This document shows positions 14,071 to 23,885 of a stretch of DNA of 32,000 nucleotides, piece after piece. Origin of the DNA: Trichlorobacter lovleyi SZ. GTDB taxonomy: Bacteria; Desulfobacterota; Desulfuromonadia; Geobacterales; Pseudopelobacteraceae. The notes under the pieces were generated by a model. The model worked only from the letters and a program-made list of their open reading frames with translations, made no database searches and was not told the DNA's origin. The stretch lies in NCBI RefSeq assembly GCF_000020385.1, contig NC_010814.1, positions 2,400,001 to 2,432,000 on the forward strand. The letters are read 5' to 3'. A program made the translations under genes and the position numbers. The stretch's first letter is position 1. Each line of letters begins with the position of its first letter.

Positions 14071-14241
14071 TCATTTTCCGCTGCAGATCCCGCACCGGCT
14101 GACATCAACCGCCTGCAGCTCCGTTCCACACACTGCGCAGGCATTCAGCCACTCAGGATGCCCGGCTGCAACCGCCCGTGCCCGGGCCTCCAGACGTTTC
14201 ACCTCTGCCTCCATCTCATCATTATACTGGCATTCAAACAT
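14071..14241 (-). CDS. Unlisted small ORF: 56-aa zinc-ribbon-like protein immediately downstream of the MTH1187-like gene
   Basis: Minus-strand translation gives MFECQYNDEMEAEVKRLEARARAVAAGHPEWLNACAVCGTELQAVDVSRCGICSGK, with CxxC...CxxC. Its ATG lies 5 nt after the upstream stop (TAATCAGCATG). It falls below the 60-aa cutoff of the ORF track. Confidence 0.35.
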   Translation of the reverse strand: MFECQYNDEMEAEVKRLEARARAVAAGHPEWLNACAVCGTELQAVDVSRCGICSGK

Positions 14242-14246
14242 GCTGA

Positions 14247-14546
14247 TTACCCCAGTTTGGCCTGCACGCTGCTGACCTTGTCTTCCATGGTCTGTTCCCG
14301 GTCAGTGCGGGTCCCCATCTTGATGGTGGTGGTGATACGCGGCGCACCCATCTGATGCACCACTTCATGGCAGCGTTTGATGGCCGCAAAGACCGCATCC
14401 CATTCCCCTTCAATGTTGGTGCCGTAGGCATGCAGCGCCGTCTTCAGCCCTGCCTCAGTTAGTACCTTTTCGCAGGCTGCAATATAGCTGGAGACTGAAA
14501 CCCCTACCCCCAACGGTACAACGCAGAGATCAACCAATACCTTCAT
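14247..14546 (-). CDS. MTH1187/YkoF-like (UPF0045, thiamine-binding family) protein (99 aa)
   Basis: MKVLVDLCVVPLGVGVSVSSYIAACEKVL...YGTNIEGEWDAVFAAIKRCHE...RITTTIKMGTRTDR is the characteristic family pattern. Confidence 0.8.
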   Translation of the reverse strand: MKVLVDLCVVPLGVGVSVSSYIAACEKVLTEAGLKTALHAYGTNIEGEWDAVFAAIKRCHEVVHQMGAPRITTTIKMGTRTDREQTMEDKVSSVQAKLG

Positions 14547-14648
14547 ACTACCCCCAACTGGTAAAATAGTTTGCCAAACAGATCCTGTTGATTACTATCA
14601 GATCTGCCTGCAGCTTTACACTGAAAAAATCCCGGCCAGGAGTCTAGC

Positions 14649-15530
14649 ATGCCCCGTTACATTGAACCGGTATTCCGTCCCCCCAGTGAAGCCCGCAGCC
14701 TGATCTTCCAGATCACGGTGGGCTGTTCCCAGAACCAATGCAGATTCTGCGGTATGTACAAGGGCAAGCAGTTCCACCTGCGGCCTGTGGAAGAGATCCT
14801 GGCAGAGATCACAGAGCTACCGTCCACCTATCGGACACGGGTTGAACGGGTCTTTCTGGCTGATGGCGATGCCCTGGTCTATCCGTTTGAGGGGCTTGTC
14901 ACGATCCTGGATGCGCTTGCCAGCACCTTCCCCGGTCTGACACGGATCGGCTCATATGCCTCACCCAACAGCCTGACCACCAAGACCGTGGAGCAGTTGC
15001 AGCTGTTGCGGGAAAAGAAGCTGCGGATTCTGTACTTTGGTCTTGAGTCTGGTGATGACGAGACCCTGCAGCAGATCAACAAGGGTTTTGACAGCAACCG
15101 GATGGCTGAGCTGGCGCTAATGGCACGCCAGGCCGGTATGAAGCTGTCAGTCACGGCAATCCTGGGCCTGGCCGGACGGACCCGCAGCCTGGAGCATGCC
15201 AGAGCCACCGCTGCCTGGGTCAACAGGGTCAACCCGGAGTTTTTCTCACTGCTGACTCTGTTTCATCGCCACAATGAACCGTTTGTCCGTTCACTTGAGC
15301 AATGCAACCACCGTGAACTGCTGCTGGAGGCACGGGAACTGCTCTGTCATCTGGCACCCCAGCGCACTATCCTGCGCTCCAACCATGTCTCCAATTTTCT
15401 GAACCTGGCCGGAAGCTACCCCAAAGACCGGGAGCGGTTGATTGCGGATCTTGACCGGGCCATGGTCCGGGCCGCACAGCTGCCAGGTTTTATGGATCAG
15501 GTGCCGGCCTACGAAGAAGAGTATTACTAA
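14649..15530 (+). CDS. Radical SAM domain protein (293 aa), Cys triad spaced CX4CX2C
   Basis: GCSQNQCRFCGMY near the N-terminus; FLADGDAL (GGE-like region); YFGLESGDDETL. The specific function is unknown. Confidence 0.8.
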   Translation: MPRYIEPVFRPPSEARSLIFQITVGCSQNQCRFCGMYKGKQFHLRPVEEILAEITELPSTYRTRVERVFLADGDALVYPFEGLVTILDALASTFPGLTRIGSYASPNSLTTKTVEQLQLLREKKLRILYFGLESGDDETLQQINKGFDSNRMAELALMARQAGMKLSVTAILGLAGRTRSLEHARATAAWVNRVNPEFFSLLTLFHRHNEPFVRSLEQCNHRELLLEARELLCHLAPQRTILRSNHVSNFLNLAGSYPKDRERLIADLDRAMVRAAQLPGFMDQVPAYEEEYY

Positions 15531-15705
15531 TTCCAACTCAAGGCACTCTCTTCGTTGGGTTGCCTTCGGCTCCCCACAGCCTTGAATCAGCCCTGATTTG
15601 AAATTGAAATCCGCCATTACCTGCCAATTTTCTTGAAAAAATATTCATTTTCATATATTTTTACGCATTTGATTTTATTAGCCTATCTAAAGCAGGAAGC
15701 AGCCC

Positions 15706-17139
15706 TTGAACCCATTAACCGCACCGCTTGAGGAACAGCTTGGCCGGATTGTACCAGAACAACTGGGTGATACCGGCTTCTGTCAGGAGCTTGGCATCCG
15801 CTACCCGTACCTGGGTGGTTCCATGGCCAAGGGGATCAGTTCAGTGCCCCTGGCAATTACACTTGGCAAGGCAGGTATGCTGGGATTCTTTGGCGCTGCC
15901 GGACTGCCGCTGGCAGCGGTTGAGGCGGCTGTTGACCAGCTGCTGGCCGGCAACGTCCCGTTTGGCTGCAACCTGATTCATTCCCCCCAGGAGCCTGATC
16001 TTGAGGCAGCCCTGGCAGAACTGTACATCCGCAAAGGGGTGCAGCTGGTGGAGGCATCAGCCTTTCTGGCCCTGACCCTGCCGCTGGTGCGCTACCGCCT
16101 GCATGGCATCCATCGCGGTGCAGACGGCAGCATCGTTACCCCCAACCGGATCATCGCCAAGGTCTCCCGCGAGGAACTGGCTGAAAAATTCTTCTCCCCT
16201 GCCCCGGAAAAACTGCTCAACAGCCTGCTGCAACAGGGACTGATCACTGCTGAACAGGCTGAACTGGCACGTCAAATCCCGATGGCGCAGGATATTACGG
16301 CTGAGGCTGATTCCGGCGGCCATACCGATAACCGGCCGGCCCTGACCCTGCTGCCCACCATTCAGTCGGTTGCCCAGCGGATGCAGCAGCAGTTCAACTA
16401 CCCGATGCAGCTGCGGGTTGGTCTGGGTGGCGGCATCGGCACCCCCCAATCAGCAGCAGCAGCCTTCAGCATGGGCGCTGCCTGGATCATGGTCGGCTCT
16501 GTGCATCAGGCCTGCGTTGAATCCGGCACATCCGATACCGTGCGCAGCATGCTGGCAGAGACCCGCCAGGCTGATGTGACCATGGCCCCGGCTGCTGATA
16601 TGTTTGAGATGGGGGTGACGGTACAGGTGTTGAAGCGGGGCACCATGTTTGCCATGCGGGCAGCCAAGCTGTTTGAGCTGTACCGCAGCCATAACAACCT
16701 TGAGGCGATCCCGGCAGCAGAACGGGAAAAGCTGGAAAAAACCGTCTTTCTGGCACCGCTGGAGCAGATCTGGCAGCAGACCCGCAGTTTCTTTCTGCAG
16801 CGTGACCCGCGTCAGGTGGAACGGGCCGAGCGAGAACCCAAACATCGCATGGCACTGGTGTTCCGCTGGTACCTGGGGCAGGCAGCCCACTGGGCCAAGG
16901 ATGGCGACCCCAAACGGACCATTGATTATCAGGTCTGGTGCGGCCCTGCCATGGGGGCCTTTAACGAATGGGTCAAAGGCAGCCCGCTGGAGGCACCGGC
17001 CAACCGCCGTGCAGCCTGTGTGGCCCGTAATATTCTGGAGGGTGCGGCAGCCATCAGCCGTGCTAACCTGCAGCGTTTTACCGGGGGCAGCAGCAGCTCC
17101 CAGATGATGAAACCGGAGATCAAGGAGTTTCTCGCGTGA
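15706..17139 (+). CDS. pfaD: PfaD-family enoyl reductase (nitronate-monooxygenase-like, trans-acting ER of a PUFA/polyketide synthase), 477 aa
   Basis: TTG start after AGGAAG with a 6-nt spacer. The motifs YPYLGGSMAKGISS, GMLGFFGAAGL, AEADSGGHTD and WIMVGSVHQ are typical of PfaD. The stop overlaps the next gene's start (GTGA). Confidence 0.85.
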   Translation: MNPLTAPLEEQLGRIVPEQLGDTGFCQELGIRYPYLGGSMAKGISSVPLAITLGKAGMLGFFGAAGLPLAAVEAAVDQLLAGNVPFGCNLIHSPQEPDLEAALAELYIRKGVQLVEASAFLALTLPLVRYRLHGIHRGADGSIVTPNRIIAKVSREELAEKFFSPAPEKLLNSLLQQGLITAEQAELARQIPMAQDITAEADSGGHTDNRPALTLLPTIQSVAQRMQQQFNYPMQLRVGLGGGIGTPQSAAAAFSMGAAWIMVGSVHQACVESGTSDTVRSMLAETRQADVTMAPAADMFEMGVTVQVLKRGTMFAMRAAKLFELYRSHNNLEAIPAAEREKLEKTVFLAPLEQIWQQTRSFFLQRDPRQVERAEREPKHRMALVFRWYLGQAAHWAKDGDPKRTIDYQVWCGPAMGAFNEWVKGSPLEAPANRRAACVARNILEGAAAISRANLQRFTGGSSSSQMMKPEIKEFLA

Positions 17140-20100
17140 AACAATCAGAACAGGATCGCACCCTTACCACTGCCGGAGCACCACTGGCCATTATCGGCAT
17201 CGGCTGCCTCTTTCCCAAATCAGAGGACAAGGCCGCCTACTGGGCCACCATCCGTGAAGGCGTGGATGCCATCACCGAGATCCCAGCATCCCACTGGCGC
17301 GTGGATGATCTCTATGATCCCAACCCCAAGACCCCGGACAAGACCTATGGCAAGCGCGGCGGTTTTCTGTCTGAAGTGCCGTTTAATCCGATGGAATACA
17401 ACATCCCTCCCAACTCCCTTGAGGCGATTGACACCTCGCAACTGCTGGGCCTGGTTGCTGCCGGTCAGGCGTTGCAGGATGCAGGCTACGGATCAGACAA
17501 GCAGTTTGACCGCAGCAAGGTCAGCGTGATTCTGGGGGTAACCGGTGCCCTGGAGATGGTGATTCCGCTGGGTGCCCGCCTGGGTCATCCCCGCTGGCGA
17601 GAGGCCCTCAAGGATGCCGGAGTGGCGCCGGATGTGGCCGAAGATGTGGTACAACGTATTTCCGATTCCTACGTGGGCTGGCAGGAAAACTCCTTCCCCG
17701 GCCTGCTGGGCAACGTGGTTGCCGGACGGATCAGCAAACAGTACGACCTGGGCGGCACCAACTGCGTGGTTGATGCAGCCTGCGCCAGCTCCTTCAGTGC
17801 CCTGCATCTGGCAGGGATGGAACTGACCACCGGTGCTGCTGATATGGTGGTAACCGGCGGGGTGGATACCTTTAACGACATCTTCATGTACACCTGCTTC
17901 AGCAAGACCCCGGCCCTGTCTGCCACCGGCAATGCCAAGCCGTTTGATGTTTCTGCCGATGGCACCATCCTGGGCGAAGGCCTGGGCCTGGTGGTCTTGA
18001 AGCGTCTGGCTGATGCAGAACGGGATGGCGATAAAATCTATGCAGTTGTCCGTGGTATCGGCTCCTCCAGCGATGGCAAGGGGGAGGCGATCTACACCCC
18101 CAGTGCCTCCGGCCAGCAAAAGGCTATCCTGAATGCCTGCGCCAATGCCGGGGTTACCCTGGACAGCATCGGCCTGCTGGAGGCCCACGGCACCGGCACC
18201 AAAGTGGGTGACGCGGTTGAGGTTTCTGCTGCACGGGAGATCTTTGGTGAAGCAGACCAACCCTGGTGCGCCATCAGCTCGGTCAAGTCCCAGATCGGCC
18301 ATGCCAAGGCTGCTGCCGGGTCTGCAGGCCTGATCAAGGCTGCCCTGGCCCTGCACCACCGGGTCATCCCCCCCACTATCAAGGTCACCAAACCACAGGA
18401 TGAGGTCACTGCTGGACGCACCCCTTTCTACATCACCACCCGCAAACGGCCCTGGATTACCCGCAACAACACCCCCAGACGTGCCGGAGTCAGCGCCTTC
18501 GGGTTTGGCGGTTCAAACTTCCACACCATTCTGGAAGAGTACCGTCCCCTGCAGGAGGCTGCAGAATGGGATGGCTCGGTACAGGTGCTGACCTTCAGCA
18601 GTGCTGATGCAGCCGGTCTGACCGCACAACTTGCCAACATTTCTACTGATATTGCCTGGAACGACCTGCGTGGCAAGGCAGCCAGCCTGCGGGCCGGTTT
18701 TGATCCAAAGGCAGCCTGTCGTCTGGCCCTGACCGTTGAACGCAGTTCCAACCTTGGTACCCTGCTGCATACCGCTCAAACCATGCTGGCCAAACAGCCT
18801 GGCGCCAACTGGACCACCCCGGATGGTATCTGCTATGCCAGCGGTGCTGCTGTTGCTCAACCCGGTCTGCTGTTTCCTGGCCAGGGAGCCCAGTATGTAG
18901 GCATGCTGCGGGATCTGGCCTGTGCCTTTCCCCAACTGCTGGACAGCCTTGAACAGGCTGAAACCACAACGCCCGGCCTGACTGACCTGATCTACCCTGC
19001 TGATCGCTTTGAGCAAGGGGCTGCTGAGCAGCAGGAGGCTGAACTGCGTGCCACCCAGATCGCCCAGCCAGCCATTGGCGCGGTCAGCCTGGGTGCCCTG
19101 CGCCTGCTGGAGACATTCGGCCTGAAGGCTGCTGCTGCCGCAGGCCACAGCTATGGTGAACTGACCGCCTTGTGCGCTGCAGGTCTGCTGGATGAAACCT
19201 CCTTCCACAGCCTGTCCCGTTTGCGCGGTTCCCTGATGGCTGCGGGCTCTGGCGGCAAGGGCAGCATGCTGGCAGTTTCAGCGCCTCTGGCCGCGGTGGA
19301 GCAGATGCTGGCTGAAGAAAAGATCAACCTGGTGATTGCCAACCGCAATGCCCCGACCCAGGCTGTCCTGTCCGGCGCAACCGACCAGATCAAGCTGGCC
19401 GAAGCTGCCTGCAAGAGCCGCACACTGACCTGTAAACAGTTGCCGGTTGCTGCTGCCTTCCACAGTCCGCTAGTGGCTGATGCTGCAGCACCGTTTCTGG
19501 CCGGTCTGGCAGATATCCGGTGGGGCAGTGGCAGCATGCCGGTCTATGCCAACAGCAGTGCCGCCCCCTACCCGGCTGACATGGCTGCCGCCAAGGAGCT
19601 GCTGGCTGGCCAGCTGGCCCGTCCGGTTGAGTTTGTGGCCCAGATTGAAGCGATGTACGCCGCCGGTATCCGTTGTTTTGTTGAGGTTGGCCCTGGTGCC
19701 CGCCTGTCCGGTCTGGTCAAGGCGATCCTAGGGGACAAGGAACATAGCTGCGTGGCCCTGGACAGCTCCAATGGCAAGCGTAACGGCCTGGTTGACCTGG
19801 GACGCTGCCTTGCGCAACTGAGCGTACTTGGTCTTGAGATCAACCTGCAGCTCTGGGATGAAGGCTATCACGCACCTGCAGCGCCTGCAAAAAAACCACT
19901 GCTGGTGGTTCCGCTCTGCGGCGCCAACTATGTCAAACCCAAGCCCAAGCGGCCTGCTGTTGCACCGAAGCCGGTCAGTGCTGCACAGCCAGCCGCCAGT
20001 AGCATACCGGTTGCACCGGCCCCAATAACTGTTCAGGCAACAGCACCAACAGCCTCCCGCGATGCCCTGGCAGAATCGTTGCGGGTGACCCGCGAAGGGA

Positions 20101-23100
20101 TGGCAGTGCTGCAACGGATGCAGGAAGAGACCGCCCAACTGCACCGCCGTTTTCTTGAGGGACAGGAGACCGCCTCCCGCACCATCCAGACCCTGCTTTC
20201 CCAGCAGCAACAGGTCCTGCAAGGTGGTATGGCAACCATTCCAGCCATGCCGCTTGCACCTGTCACCACGGCTGCACCGGTTATGCCTGCACCAGTTGTA
20301 CAGCCCCAGCCGGTTCAGGCTCAGGTTATTGCTCAACCAGCCCCTGTTGCTGCACAGCCGGTTTCCAATGCAGTCACCGAGACCCTGCTGACAGTGGTCA
20401 GTGAAAAAACCGGCTATCCCATAGAGATGCTGGAACTGTCCATGAGCATGGATGCGGATCTGGGGATTGACTCCATCAAGCGGGTTGAGATCCTCTCCGC
20501 CCTGCAGGAGCGACTGCCTTCAGCACCGGTGATCGGTCCTGATCAGCTTGGCGTGCTGAACACCCTGGGACAGATTGCTGAGTATCTGGGAGCCGGTGCA
20601 GCTGTTGCACCACCAGCTTCAACACCCGTACAGCAGGTATCCAGTGTAATTACCGAGACCATGCTGGCTGTGGTCAGTGAAAAGACCGGCTATCCCATAG
20701 AGATGCTGGAACTGTCCATGAGCATGGATGCTGATCTGGGGATCGACTCCATCAAGCGGGTTGAGATCCTCTCCGCCCTGCAGGAGCGACTGCCTTCAGC
20801 ACCGGTGATCGGTCCTGATCAGCTTGGTGTGCTGAACACCCTGGGGCAGATCGCTGAGTATCTGGGGGCTGGTGCAGCGGTTGTTGCACCGGCTGCTGTC
20901 AGTGGCAGTCAGCCAGCAGACAGCGCAATTACCGAAACCATGCTGTCAGTGGTCAGTGAAAAAACCGGCTATCCGATTGAAATGCTGGAACTGACCATGA
21001 GCATGGATGCTGACCTGGGGATTGATTCCATCAAGCGGGTCGAGATCCTTTCCTGCCTGCAGGAAAGGCTGCCTTCAGCACCGGTAATTGGCCCTGACCA
21101 ACTGGGTGTGCTGAATACCCTGGGGCAGATCGCTGATTACCTGGGGGCAGGAGCAGCACCCACAGCTGCAGTTGTTACAGCTGTCAGCGCAACTCAGCCA
21201 GCAGCCTCAAACATCACCGAGACCATGCTGGCAGTGGTGAGCGACAAGACCGGCTATCCCGTAGAGATGCTGGAACTGACCATGAGCATGGATGCTGATC
21301 TGGGAATTGATTCCATCAAGCGGGTGGAAATCCTTTCCTGTCTGCAGGAACGGCTGCCAACAGCGCCGGTAATCGGCCCTGATCAGCTTGGTGTGTTGAA
21401 CACCTTGGGGCAGATTGCCGACTACCTGAGTGCCGGTACTGCAGCAACTGCACCAGCCCCAGCAGCAACACCGGTCCAGCCAACAGCTGCAGCAGCCCCC
21501 TCTCAAACCGTGCTGAACCGCAGCCGGATACAGGCTATGCCGGTTGCTGGTGGCTCTGACACCATCTCCCTGGCACAAAACGGAGTGATCGTGGTGACCG
21601 ATGATGGTTCCCGCTTCTCTGCTGAACTGTGCAGCTGTCTGACCAGCCAGGGTCACGGCGTGATCCTGACCAAGGTACTGGATATCCTGGAACTGCTGCC
21701 CATGGATCAGGTGGCTGGTCTGGTGCTGGTGGCACCGGCTGACGGCACGGATGATGCCTTTCTGAAAAACGGATTCCAGTTGCTGAAGCAGATGGCTCCC
21801 GGCCTGAAACGGGCCAGCCGCGAAGGTGGCGCCCTGTTTGCTACGGTTTCACGCCTTGATGGCGCCTTTGGCTCCACAGAGGGATCAGAACTGATTGACC
21901 CGCTCTCGGGCGGTCTGGCAGGCTTGAGCAAGACTGCCCGCCATGAATGGCCGGAAGTGGCCTGCAAGGCGATTGATCTGGGGATCTTCCCTGACCGGTC
22001 TGCTGCTGCACAGGCAGTTGCCAGAGAGCTGTTTTTGAACGGCCCGATTGAGGTGGGGCTGTCAGCAGAACAACGGATCAGTCTGCCCCTGCAGGATCTG
22101 CCTGAACTGGCAACAGCTGCAACACCATCGGTCCAGCCGGGTGAACTGGTGGTGATTACCGGTGGCGGGCGCGGTGTGACTGCCGCTGCTGCGGTGGCCA
22201 TGGCAAAGGCCTGGCAACCGCTGCTGGTGCTGCTGGGACGCAGCCCCCTGCCGGAACAGGAACCGGACTGGCTGCAGGGGATGACCGATGAAGCCGCCAT
22301 CAAACGGGCAATCCTGACCCATGCCACAGAAAAACTGCATCCCCGTGAAATAGAGGAGCGTTATCAGGCCACGATTGCCGGTCGTGAACTGCGGGAAACC
22401 ATGGCACAGATCCAGGCTGTGGGGGGCAGATCGCTCTACTGTTCTGTGGATATCCGTGACAGTCAGGCCGTGGCTGATCTGCTGGCTGACCTGCGCAAAG
22501 AACATGGCCAGATCCGCGGTCTGGTGCATGGCGCCGGTGTGCTGGCTGACCGTCTGATCGTTGACAAGACCAGGGAGCAGTTCAACCAGGTCTACAGCAC
22601 CAAGGTGGCGGGCCTGCGCTCCCTGCTGGATGCCACCCGCGCTGATGACCTGCGCTTTATCGCCCTGTTCGGCTCCACTACCGGCCGTCTGGGACGCTCC
22701 GGTCAGGTGGATTATGCCGTGGCCAACGAGGTGCTCAACAAACTGGCCCAGGCCGAGGCGCGCCGTCGAGTAAACTGCCGTTCCCTCTGCCTTAACTGGG
22801 GCCCCTGGGATGGCGGCATGGTCACCCCGGCCCTGAAGAAAGTCTTTGCTGCTGAAGGGATCGGCCTGATTCCGCTGGAGGCCGGTGCTGACCTGCTGGT
22901 GAAGGAGATCGCCGCAGCAACCGGCCCGGTTGAAGTCACGGTGCTGGCCGGTGTCAAAGGAGCCTCTCTGTCCATTGATGCCCCGAAACCTGCTGCACCG
23001 CTTAAAGAGGCGCTGAGGCTGACCCTGAACGTGGATGATTTCCCGTTCATCAGCTCCCATGTCATTGACAACAAGGCAGTGCTGCCGATGGCCATGATTG

Positions 23101-23885
23101 TGGAATGGCTGGCCCACGCTGCCCTGCATGGCAACCCCGGTTTTCGCTTCCACGGTTTCAATGACCTGCGGATCTGTAAAGGGGTGATTATTGACCGTTC
23201 TACCCCCTGCACCCTCCAGCTGATGGCAGGCAAGGCCAAACGTCAGGATGCCTTTTACACCGTGCCGGTGGAACTGGTCAGCAGTCTGGGAGAAGGACGC
23301 AGCCTGCTGCATGCCCGGGCAGAGATCATCCTGGCAAACAAGCTGCCTGAAGGAATCCGCACCATCAAGGAACTGCCAAGCCACCCCTACAACCAGAGCA
23401 GCGCGGTCTATGACCAGCCCTACCTGTTCCACGGCCCTGACCTGCACGGCATTGAGCAGGTGATCGGCTGTTCTGACAAAGGGATTGCAGCACTGGTCAA
23501 GGCTGCTCCGCAGCCTGGCAACTGGATCAAGCAACCGCTGCGCAGCAACTGGCTGACTGACCCGCTGGTGGTGGACAGTGCCTTCCAGATGATGATCCTC
23601 TGGAGCTTTGAACAATTCGGTGCCGGATCGCTACCCTCCTTTGCCGGTCGCTACCGCCAGTTCCATGAGACCTTCCCCAGGGATGGCGCTCAGGTGGTGA
23701 TCAGGGTCACCTCACAGCAAAGCCACAGCGCTGTTGCCGATGTTGAATTCCTTGAGCGGGCAAACGGCAAGCTGATTGCCCGTCTGGAAGGATACGAATG
23801 CGTGATCGACGCCTCGCTGCAGCAGGCCTTCCAGCGTAATCAGTTGCCACAGGCCGGACAATCGGCTGCCCTGGTAGCGGCCTGA
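17136..23885 (+). CDS. pfaA: PfaA-like multidomain PUFA/polyketide synthase: KS-AT-4xACP-KR-DH (2249 aa)
   Basis: KS with DAACASSFSA, HGTGT and GHAKAA. AT with GHSYGE. An Ala/Pro-rich linker. Four tandem ACPs, each with LGIDSIKRVEILS. KR with VVITGGGRGVTAAAA. PKS-type DH with HVIDNKAVLP. Confidence 0.9.
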   Translation: MKQSEQDRTLTTAGAPLAIIGIGCLFPKSEDKAAYWATIREGVDAITEIPASHWRVDDLYDPNPKTPDKTYGKRGGFLSEVPFNPMEYNIPPNSLEAIDTSQLLGLVAAGQALQDAGYGSDKQFDRSKVSVILGVTGALEMVIPLGARLGHPRWREALKDAGVAPDVAEDVVQRISDSYVGWQENSFPGLLGNVVAGRISKQYDLGGTNCVVDAACASSFSALHLAGMELTTGAADMVVTGGVDTFNDIFMYTCFSKTPALSATGNAKPFDVSADGTILGEGLGLVVLKRLADAERDGDKIYAVVRGIGSSSDGKGEAIYTPSASGQQKAILNACANAGVTLDSIGLLEAHGTGTKVGDAVEVSAAREIFGEADQPWCAISSVKSQIGHAKAAAGSAGLIKAALALHHRVIPPTIKVTKPQDEVTAGRTPFYITTRKRPWITRNNTPRRAGVSAFGFGGSNFHTILEEYRPLQEAAEWDGSVQVLTFSSADAAGLTAQLANISTDIAWNDLRGKAASLRAGFDPKAACRLALTVERSSNLGTLLHTAQTMLAKQPGANWTTPDGICYASGAAVAQPGLLFPGQGAQYVGMLRDLACAFPQLLDSLEQAETTTPGLTDLIYPADRFEQGAAEQQEAELRATQIAQPAIGAVSLGALRLLETFGLKAAAAAGHSYGELTALCAAGLLDETSFHSLSRLRGSLMAAGSGGKGSMLAVSAPLAAVEQMLAEEKINLVIANRNAPTQAVLSGATDQIKLAEAACKSRTLTCKQLPVAAAFHSPLVADAAAPFLAGLADIRWGSGSMPVYANSSAAPYPADMAAAKELLAGQLARPVEFVAQIEAMYAAGIRCFVEVGPGARLSGLVKAILGDKEHSCVALDSSNGKRNGLVDLGRCLAQLSVLGLEINLQLWDEGYHAPAAPAKKPLLVVPLCGANYVKPKPKRPAVAPKPVSAAQPAASSIPVAPAPITVQATAPTASRDALAESLRVTREGMAVLQRMQEETAQLHRRFLEGQETASRTIQTLLSQQQQVLQGGMATIPAMPLAPVTTAAPVMPAPVVQPQPVQAQVIAQPAPVAAQPVSNAVTETLLTVVSEKTGYPIEMLELSMSMDADLGIDSIKRVEILSALQERLPSAPVIGPDQLGVLNTLGQIAEYLGAGAAVAPPASTPVQQVSSVITETMLAVVSEKTGYPIEMLELSMSMDADLGIDSIKRVEILSALQERLPSAPVIGPDQLGVLNTLGQIAEYLGAGAAVVAPAAVSGSQPADSAITETMLSVVSEKTGYPIEMLELTMSMDADLGIDSIKRVEILSCLQERLPSAPVIGPDQLGVLNTLGQIADYLGAGAAPTAAVVTAVSATQPAASNITETMLAVVSDKTGYPVEMLELTMSMDADLGIDSIKRVEILSCLQERLPTAPVIGPDQLGVLNTLGQIADYLSAGTAATAPAPAATPVQPTAAAAPSQTVLNRSRIQAMPVAGGSDTISLAQNGVIVVTDDGSRFSAELCSCLTSQGHGVILTKVLDILELLPMDQVAGLVLVAPADGTDDAFLKNGFQLLKQMAPGLKRASREGGALFATVSRLDGAFGSTEGSELIDPLSGGLAGLSKTARHEWPEVACKAIDLGIFPDRSAAAQAVARELFLNGPIEVGLSAEQRISLPLQDLPELATAATPSVQPGELVVITGGGRGVTAAAAVAMAKAWQPLLVLLGRSPLPEQEPDWLQGMTDEAAIKRAILTHATEKLHPREIEERYQATIAGRELRETMAQIQAVGGRSLYCSVDIRDSQAVADLLADLRKEHGQIRGLVHGAGVLADRLIVDKTREQFNQVYSTKVAGLRSLLDATRADDLRFIALFGSTTGRLGRSGQVDYAVANEVLNKLAQAEARRRVNCRSLCLNWGPWDGGMVTPALKKVFAAEGIGLIPLEAGADLLVKEIAAATGPVEVTVLAGVKGASLSIDAPKPAAPLKEALRLTLNVDDFPFISSHVIDNKAVLPMAMIVEWLAHAALHGNPGFRFHGFNDLRICKGVIIDRSTPCTLQLMAGKAKRQDAFYTVPVELVSSLGEGRSLLHARAEIILANKLPEGIRTIKELPSHPYNQSSAVYDQPYLFHGPDLHGIEQVIGCSDKGIAALVKAAPQPGNWIKQPLRSNWLTDPLVVDSAFQMMILWSFEQFGAGSLPSFAGRYRQFHETFPRDGAQVVIRVTSQQSHSAVADVEFLERANGKLIARLEGYECVIDASLQQAFQRNQLPQAGQSAALVAA
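20376..21440 (+). repeat. Four tandem ACP-encoding repeats (periods about 276, 279 and 285 nt) inside pfaA
   Basis: Repeat units start near 20376, 20652, 20931 and 21216. Units 1 and 2 are nearly identical, and units 3 and 4 share their own substitutions (SCLQ, LTMSMD, ADYL). Confidence 0.9.

Noticed and set aside
14547-14648. TPP riboswitch upstream of the thiamine-binding-family (MTH1187-like) gene
   Set aside because: The leader is only about 100 nt and lacks the conserved CTGAGA and ACCTGATCTGGATAATGCCAGCG-type elements. Only a small palindrome (AACAGatcCTGTT) is visible.
15531-15705. Sigma-54-type promoter (GGCAC-N5-...) or other defined regulatory element upstream of pfaD
   Set aside because: GGCACTCTCTTCGTTGG does not have the TTGC element at the required spacing. 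Only a generic AT-rich promoter-like region can be claimed.
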